Assembly: GCF_040938485.1 (NCBI RefSeq)
Contig: NW_027271495.1
Span: forward strand, 4,030,001 to 4,094,000
Length of the DNA stretch: 64,000 nucleotides
Source: Diadema antillarum
Lineage: Eukaryota
Direction: 5' to 3'
The translations under genes and the position numbers were made by a program. The notes under the pieces were generated by a model. It did not search any database. It saw only the letters and a list, made by a program, of their open reading frames with translations, and had not been told where the DNA came from. Of the stretch, positions 56,164 through 64,000 are shown in pieces (the first letter of the stretch is position 1; each line of letters starts with the position of its first letter).

Positions 56164-57778
56164 CAGAGCGTGTAAAAAAGGTAATCCAACTTTGGAGGGC
56201 GACGTCATAATTGTCAGCTGTTGAGAGCGCATTGTTGACTGTGAGGAAAGGGGAACTCTTTCTCTTTCTATTGATTCCGGTTTATGAATGTCATGCGTGA
56301 CTGAGTACAGGGACTTCAAAGACAGCAATGACAAGTTGCACTTTTTCAAAGTTTGAGTATCACATGAAGGAACAATGAATGTCTCACCCGATGGAAAAGA
56401 TCTGTCAATGAAAGTGGTAAAATAAACAGGCCAGCCTGTACAAATGCAGGTCTGTGTTTACAGACAGTTTACAAACAGGGTTTCTTCAAACCTTTTATGG
56501 CTCATAACCTTCAACATGGCCACGTTGTCGACAACTTGGTGTTCACTCCCACATGGGCTAACCATTGTCGATATTTTCGCTTTATATTCAAGACATAGTA
56601 AGAGGGGTATGTCTAATTTGATTTGTTTTTCTTTTCCGGATTTGTTATAATTTTCATATTTGATATATTTCATAGAATTATATTATACACGCATGGAAGC
56701 CTAAATGTATTTCCTGTTTCTCACTGTTGTGCATGTTTGTGTACAGTTTATTTACATATCATGTCTAAGTGTGTAATATTCCCATGTAGTGTATTTTCTA
56801 AGTGCAGAGCAATAGTAATATGACAGTAATGACATATAATGCTGTAAGGTGATGTGATATTAGCTTAGTAGAATGGTTTTGTTTGTTTTTGAAGGATATG
56901 AAGAGTTGAACTTTCGTTTGTTTATATTTTGTAAATGTATGGTACTATAAATCCGCTGATTTAGTGTTGTTTTTTTTTTAATCCATTTACTGCATGTGGA
57001 AATTTATTCATGTTATTTATATAGTGCATGTATATTGTCTATTTGTTAATGTCTGAATTTATATGTATGTCTACATCAATATCACAACATGTCTATTCAG
57101 TTTTAATTTCTGTAAATATAATTTATAGGATTATAAGGAATATGATATTGGTATGACAGAATATCTTAATACGTTTTTTACATCTTTTTCTTCAACTGTG
57201 AAGATTGTTCCGGAACCTTACATGTACTTTTACTCTGTACACATGGCACTATTAGTCTGCGGACTTACTGTTATGCTTTCTATTGATTTGCAATAAAACT
57301 GAATTGAATTGACTTGACTTGAATTGAAAATGGTTTGCCGCTACGAGCTGTGTGTTGAATATGCGAGAGAAAGATGGACCGTGTGAGTTGGCCCTTGCGG
57401 GAGTGACCAGGTTATCAGACAGGTGGCCATGGTAAAGGTTATGGGCCGTGAAATGTTAGAAGACACCATCAACACGAACCTGCAATATGGCCTGTTTATT
57501 TTTGGGCACTTTCATTGACAAATCTCATTCATTCAGTCATACATCCATCGTTCCTTCATGTGTCACTCAAACTTGGAAAAAAGTGCTAATGACGAATGTT
57601 GTCTTTCAAGTTTGTGTACTCAGTCATGCGTGACATTTATTAACAAAACTAGGTACCAATAGACAGAAAAAGAATTCTTCTTTCTCACTACTAACATTGC
57701 GCTCTCCATACATAGCTAACAATAAAGAAACGATAGCCCTCCAAAGTTAGATTACATTTTTTTTTTATTTACGCACTG
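56164..57778. mobile_element. Tc1/mariner-type MITE with ~280-bp diverged TIRs, interrupted by a LINE 3' remnant with a (TTGAA)n tail (~56460-57330)
   Basis: TA|CAGAGCGTGTAAAAAA ... TTTACGCACTG|TA. 56164-56440 aligns inverted with 57490-57778. Confidence 0.72.
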
Positions 57779-58247
57779 TACTTCAAAATAATGCATTGAT
57801 TCCATTCAGATCTGATCAATCACATATATATTCCGGAACACAACAGCTATGCAGTGTTTTAATGAGAACATGTCCTTAGAAATTGGATAACTTGTGTTGG
57901 GGAGCCCTGTGAATATACAATATAACAGTGTAAATAAAATTGATACAAGATATAGGGTACACGTTTGAACACCCTCTCCACTCCCCCCCCCCCACCCCCC
58001 ACCCCCCCCCCCAAAAAAAAAAAATTGTTTCCATGGATTTTGTATGTTTATCTACCCAGGATCAATAATTCCAGCCAATCTTACTCTTCACAGTGCAATG
58101 CTAACAGGTATTTCTTAAATCTGCTCTTAAATATATTAAAACATTGTAGATGAGACACCAGAAACATACATAGGTATTAAGCTTCACAGTTTTGGTCCAG
58201 TGAAACGAATATTGATACCAGTATGCTGCACTTAATTCTGAAAACTC

Positions 58248-58281
<34 letters not shown>

Positions 58282-58650
58282 GGGGGGGGGGGGGTCTCTA
58301 TAACAGGTATACCTGTCTCTAAAAACCTTTTATGTGGGAATTTGGCAGACACTTTGGTGGCCATTTCGAAGAAATCTCAATACTCACGTGGATACAAAGT
58401 ATCATCCAGATTCAGATTCAGCACCCTCAGAGTAGGTTAATACCATCAAAACAAAGTTGGGAAAACATGTTTTTTCTTCTGGCACCCAGACTATAGAGTT
58501 GTTGATAGTATTTCTATCAACAAAACGTCTATCATAAAAGTGAGGGGAAAATATACAAGTCACAACACCAGTATTATCTTGGGTAAACTATTATGTTCAA
58601 TAACATCTAATTGTCATCTGTAGGCATACATATAAACTATTATGTAATAC

Positions 58651-58959
58651 CATCACTTCTTTTGAAGAATGAAGATATTGTCTGGTCGTCAAATCCTTCT
58701 TGTGAACCGCGGCAGTAAAATGCTCCAAATCCCTGCACATCCCACTCATCAGTGGATGGAAATTGTATACGTCTGGCAGAATTTGCAAAAGAGCCAGCTG
58801 CTGGAGGCTCAGGCCAAGTGTCACTGGGGATTGGTGCTGTCCTGCCAAAGTCACGGGAGGCTGATGAGGATGGAGAGCTTCGATAGCACTGCATCTGGGA
58901 AGCTGCATTCTCAATGTCTGAAAATCCACCTGAAATCACTGTGATGTGGACTCTTTCAC
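58651..58959 (-). CDS. Tie-like receptor exon: Ig-like domain 1 (GERVHITVISGG...GFGAFYCRGSQEG...FKRSD)
   Basis: Acceptor ctctatccag|GT at 58960 and donor GATG|gtatt at 58650. 309 nt, phase 1-1. Lies inside ORF 58640..58984. Confidence 0.85.
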
Positions 58960-59434
58960 CTGGATAGAGAAATATCACATTCATTTAAATTCAAAAAAGT
59001 AATATTAGGTATTCAGAAATTACATCTTTTATTAGATGTTTCCTCAAGTTACAGCATTCAAACAGTACATCATAATTCCTCTACTTATTTCCTCAGAAAA
59101 TCTATCAAGTAATAGTTTTGTCTTTAAATCACCAATGAATTTCAAGCCATACAGATTTCTGAAAGAAATAATTTTGTCTCTTATTGTAGGGAGATAAAAG
59201 TCAGTCCATAAAATATTCAAATTGTTACTGCATATAAATACACCTATGTAGAATGTTCTCCTACAGACAATGATTAATTTTGAAAAGAGCATCAAGAGGA
59301 GAATCAAATATGTGAACTTTTACAGAAAATGCTGGTATTGAAAAAAAAATGATATGACAGCAATGAAAATCTGAAAGCTGCTGATATTTTCATGGAATTG
59401 TGCGATGGCATTTGTGGAAAACTCAGTTACTGCA

Positions 59435-59590
59435 CAGTGGTGGATCCAGAGGGGGGCGCACCGGGCGCGCGCCCCCTCTCTATCTTTAGCTAAAACAGCA
59501 GAAATAAAAAGAAAAATTGGAGGGTTGGGCGGGACCCCTTTAATTTTGTAAATGCGCCTCCCCTTTAAGGAATTCCTGGATTCGCCCCTG
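59435..59590. mobile_element. 156-bp GC-rich MITE, CAGTGGTGGATCCAG...CTGGATTCGCCCCTG
   Basis: 15-bp imperfect TIRs flanked by direct CTGCA on both sides. Confidence 0.75.
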
Positions 59591-59876
59591 CTGCATGCCA
59601 TTTTTTTTCTCAATTCATTCACACTATGAAGCTGACTTTCATAAACAGAGTAATGACCAGAAAACTGAAGGGTAGCAGCTTCATTAAGATTTGGACATTC
59701 AGATAATATGTGAAGGAACTGTAAAGTTTTGTGAGTTATTACTGGACAGTATGGTTGCAACTGCAATATACCTCTGATGCATATGATGACTTGATCATCT
59801 TACAAACTGACCTCCCAATGGTTGGTGCACAAACATTTTTATGTAAGGCATGTTTTTGGTCAAGCTGTATAAAGCA

Positions 59877-59912
<36 letters not shown>

Positions 59913-61752
59913 GTTATCCTTTAAAGTCATCATCACTTGCCAGGTTATTGTAACGTATTGCCACGTAACTTGACATGAAGAAAACATACAACGTATAAGC
60001 CAGTTCGGGGTTCCAGTTTGAGCATGAGCAGAAAAAGGTCATTTGTACCGAGAGACAGGTTGGTTTTTAATTTCGCTGAGATAAGCAACCCTCTTACTGT
60101 AATGCTATGATTGTTCATGGAATCCTTATAAATAGTACGTGCCAGTACATCCACCTGACAGCAAGCCTGGGTATTTGGCAATGTTAACAGAAAAAGTTTG
60201 TTAATGTATTCAAAACAGCACAATGAAATAGATGCTTCCCAAAGTGTTGATTGACAAACCATTCTGGTCACTTCATCTACACAGGTTCATTCTTTGTTAG
60301 AATACGAGTTCCATAAATTGCTATGTTGGGCAAGCTGCTGCATTATGTCGCTTTGAATTTAGTGAAATGCCTAACCAACTGAGAAAAATGAAAGGTCATT
60401 TGTACCCATGTGCACATGAGCTATCTCCGAACTGGCTTATTCTTATCATTTCAAGTCAAAAACAACATGTAGCCAACATTTTGTGTGTAGGTCAACAGGA
60501 GACTAGGGAGGTCATTGCATCATGTGTTTCCTACTCATACCTGTCACTGTTGAATTCAAACTTGAAAAACTTTACAACTGAACAATCTATTTGTTTGAAT
60601 TCGCCATATTTTAAAAATAAAATTTCCAACTGTATGGTGTTGCACTGGACAGTAAGGAAATGTATTTTTTATATCACGCTACACCATGCACTGTGTATAG
60701 TAAACGCAAGGTATAAGTACTAAAACTATTGAGTTTTTGGTCACTTAGCCCTCTTCACCCAGTTAAATATATGAACATGATGAATGTATACTTCGGCAGT
60801 CAAAGGCTGACTGACAACAATGTAGTGTTCGAGTACTATTTGATTGCTTGTCCTTCCTGTATTTATGACTATTAACGAAGTGATGATAACATATTTGAAG
60901 AAGAAACCTTGTGTGGGTACAGAGCTAAGAGGTACGATGTATTGGAATAAACACAAAAATAAATGCACAGGATTAGGAAGTAGTCAGGGTGTACAACACA
61001 AGAGTTTTGTGTGGTGTCGAATCTGTGCAAACCAAACTGCATGCCAGTCAGTCCGCAGTGTGAGCGAAAACGCACGCATTTATTCAAGTCGTATGCATGG
61101 CTGAGCGGTGCTTGCATATCATTGAGCAGATACATGGTCATGAATAAATCCGTGTAGAACGAGTATTTAAGAGAAAACATCAACAAATATGCTCACGATA
61201 AAAATAAAAAGGAAAAGAAGAATATAGAATATCAAAATCTCTCACGAAGTTCGGTATTGTATTCAAAAATATTCCTTCACGTTTGACGCCAAAAACTAAC
61301 ATGAAATCTTCCGTGCCCCTCTAAGATATGATGAATTGTATTGTATCACATTAAGGGCACATTTTCTCATTTCTATTTCACTACCAGTCAGGAACTAGCA
61401 AAATTCAGAGAAATGTCTAGCGTCGAGTTTAAAAATCTTCGCGTTCGCAACGGAATTCCGGGTCTGTATTGGTCGAAATCTGTCGCAAGACGCGGCGTGT
61501 CGCATTGCGTAGTATCCATCGGCTGCTGACTCAATGCTGTCGGCTACGAGCTTTGAGGTTTACTTAAATGAAATGTCGTTATAAGTCCTGCTGCATTCAA
61601 TATATACATGGATACATGTGGTGAAGGTTAATCTGTACTAGCAAGAACAATAGAGTAAAACAATTCTGTTTCATGGGACAAGGTAAAGTGCCCTCAAGGG
61701 ATTTACTTCCAAAAAATAATTGTTCAGGACTAATACATGTTCATACTTCGTA

Positions 61753-62516
61753 CTAGGTGTTACAAAAACATTTCCCACTTTTGGTTCTTAATAGTTCAAA
61801 AACTATGTATCAGATAAAAGTGTCATCGATATGAGTAATAGCTGAATAGTGTACAATTGAGTTTTAGGTAATTTGAAAATGAGAGCCAATATTAGTTTCA
61901 TAAAATCTATGATTTATTTCAATGTTAGGTTCCAGATTTTGATCGAATTTTAACTCTCTGTACAAAACTTGAACTTTACACAGGAACCAATGATGTGTAC
62001 GTAAGTGTGCACTTACAATGACCCTCAACAATGGACCTGGCTACCACCTGTTCCGAGCTCTGCTGCAAGGCACATGAATGCTTTATCATTATTCATGTGG
62101 ATTGCCCTGAGCACTGCTTGTCTGAATTCTTGACACAGGGTGAAATGCATGCACGTGAAACAAGTAGGCACATGTTTCCATGTGCTTGCACACACCACAT
62201 TTCAGAATGAACAAAGACTAGCTGCGATAGTGGAATTCCTCATGAAGCATTCCAATCCTGGTCATCGTCCACGACCATTGTCTGGGTATCAAAAACACAC
62301 TCCTATACACACCAATAACGCCTGTGCAAAGTTAAAGTTTAATACAGAGGGTTGAAAATAGAGAAAAACAAAACTGAATCATGCATTCATTTTCAAATTA
62401 TCTCCAACAAAATTGTACACTATTCAGCTATTGCTCATATCAATGTTATTGCTATCTGATATATAGTTTTTGAACTATTAAGGATCAAAAGTGGAAAATG
62501 TTTTTGTAACACCCAG
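61753..62516. mobile_element. 764-bp Tc1/mariner-type MITE, an uninterrupted sibling of the split element at 2302-21132
   Basis: TA|CTAGGTGTTACAAAAACATTTCCCAC ... GTGGAAAATGTTTTTGTAACACCCAG|TA, with ~280-bp inverted arms. Confidence 0.85.
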
Positions 62517-64000
62517 TACATTGAATATGATTCACTCTTCCAAAAAATGGGAAACAAGAATCACATGGAACATTAACTGAGAGACGACATACACACACAT
62601 GCACATGTGCAAGATGTACAGTGATTGTAATATAATCTCTATACAAAACAATTGCATGACAATGCATACCTTCGAAATAGTGACACACACTCGCGGCTTG
62701 CACAGGTGTAGTCTCATTTTACGACGTCACATCGCTCTCACGCGTGTTCATTCACTACCCCACTTCCGGTAAGAAAACATAATTTGCCCTGTTTTCAACA
62801 GGAAAATTCAAAACCCTGAAAATGGTGCCCCTCTTCGTTTTTTAATTGATCATACTCGCTCAAGTTTCACGATTGTGAAATCGAAGAAATTACGGAGATC
62901 TATTTTCAATACCAGTCAGGAACTAGCAAAACATCAAACTATGATCTAAAAGCTTCTTAACTCTTTCTGTGCCAATGAGTCAAATGTGCACAAATTTCAC
63001 ACACAACCCTATGGACAGTAAATAAATGTGGCATGCAGAGAGTTAAACACTGGCAAAATAATCGTTTACTTTGATGCTAAAATGGACTACTATATTGAGA
63101 TCAAAAATAGGGAAATTAGGTATCAAATTAATGAGCATTATCAGCTCTATAACTTACTCAACCATCGTGGGTCAAACAATGCACTGCAAAAGCTATGAAA
63201 GCTGTTGTTGCGACCTCTGCAAAAACTCTCGCAAAGTATCGCGAAATCTCGTCAGTCTCAAGGGCACAAACTGCGCAAACGTGATTCTGAATAAAATTGT
63301 CGTTCGTGCCTCATTATCGCACTCGCTGCGGACTGACTGATGCTAGCATCATCCTGCATGCGTGTTCATTGCAAACTTTTGCTTGTCATTTTCTGGGTAC
63401 AAGATTTTGAAAAGTTTCATTACAGTGTGAATGGAAAATTGTTATTTTGCAAAGTTTCATTTTACATAAGTTTCCCATAAGATTGGCCCTTATGAACGTA
63501 TATGACATAGATGTCATTCCAGTGCAATATATTTTTATCTTATATCAAACATGTTTCTTTCGACAACAATTTTGATACACATGGGTTGCTGGTTTTAAGC
63601 AAATTTGAGGCGTTTCTCATTAAAGATCATACCGCATTAAGGGTACAACGCAAAATGGGAACAGAAAATAACCTGACATCCCATACATGACCCTGTTATC
63701 TCACAAGCTCTATCACTAAATATAACTCCGTAAGATTATCCGACGAAATTAAGAAGTCCAGTGCTTGAATACATCTTATTTACAGAAAGGCTTCTAGATA
63801 ATAATATGTTATTCCAAATGATGGCTCAATTTTCATTTCTTCAAATTCAATTCAATTATGTACTTTTTATTGAATTCAATTATTGAATTGAATGGCTGCA
63901 TATTGTTTTCATTACTGTAACTTCAAGCAAAGAAATGTCTGTAGTGTAGCCAATGATTCCAGCTAATATAGGCCGTAATGACATTTTTACAGGGTAAGAG

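Larger units (their letters stand above)
595..58959 (-). other. Multi-exon gene for a Tie1/Tek (angiopoietin receptor)-like ectodomain: Ig-Ig-EGFx5-Ig-FN3-FN3. It is incomplete at both ends within the window, and the catalytic class (kinase or phosphatase) is not visible.
   Basis: Eleven minus-strand exons with GT-AG boundaries whose phases join into one frame (phase 1-1 modules, plus one phase-0 intron inside FN3-2). The Tie-type motifs FCLPDPFGCSC, KWGPxDC...CYNGGVC..ETGKCIC and GAFYC are present. Confidence 0.88.

Noticed and set aside
59251-59307. Candidate signal-peptide exon (MLFSKLIIVCRRTFYI, phase-1 donor TAG|gtgtat)
   Set aside because: The donor is weak and the hydrophobic core is poor. 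It cannot be distinguished from chance without RNA data.
60990-63340. Possible large inverted-repeat element (CAGTCAGTCCGCAG motif inverted at ~61045 and ~63325; shared TACCAGTCAGGAACTAGCAAAA at ~61383 and ~62910)
   Set aside because: The similarity is short and patchy, and no termini or TSD could be defined. These are probably independent decayed repeat fragments.

Overview
AT-rich animal genomic DNA, probably from an invertebrate deuterostome such as an echinoderm (inferred from repeat and gene content). One 152-N assembly gap lies at 49206-49357. The backbone is a single minus-strand gene encoding a Tie1/Tek-like ectodomain: Ig-Ig-5xEGF-Ig-FN3-FN3, in 11 exons from 58959 down to 595 with consistent GT-AG junction phases. 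The gene runs off the left edge, and its signal-peptide exon was not located. The first FN3 exon carries an in-frame TAG. Two introns are inflated by nested mobile DNA. (1) A 17.6-kb element at 2701-20305 has ~0.95-kb terminal inverted repeats, TAG...CTA ends and an exact 9-bp TSD (AcademH-like). It sits inside a split Tc1/mariner-type MITE and carries a ~189-bp satellite array. A full-length, intact L1/Tx1-clade LINE has inserted into one monomer, an arrangement reminiscent of the Xenopus Tx1D/Tx1L composite. (2) A Ty3/Gypsy provirus at 27856-42475 has 2.44-kb LTRs, a tRNA-Ser PBS and a disabled gag-pol. Its 3' LTR has received a full-length Ingi/Vingi-like LINE and a tRNA-derived SINE with locally templated filler DNA. 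The rest is MITEs, Helentron-like repeats, CR1/L2 remnants and microsatellites. All alignments and coordinates were read by eye, and no database searches were run.
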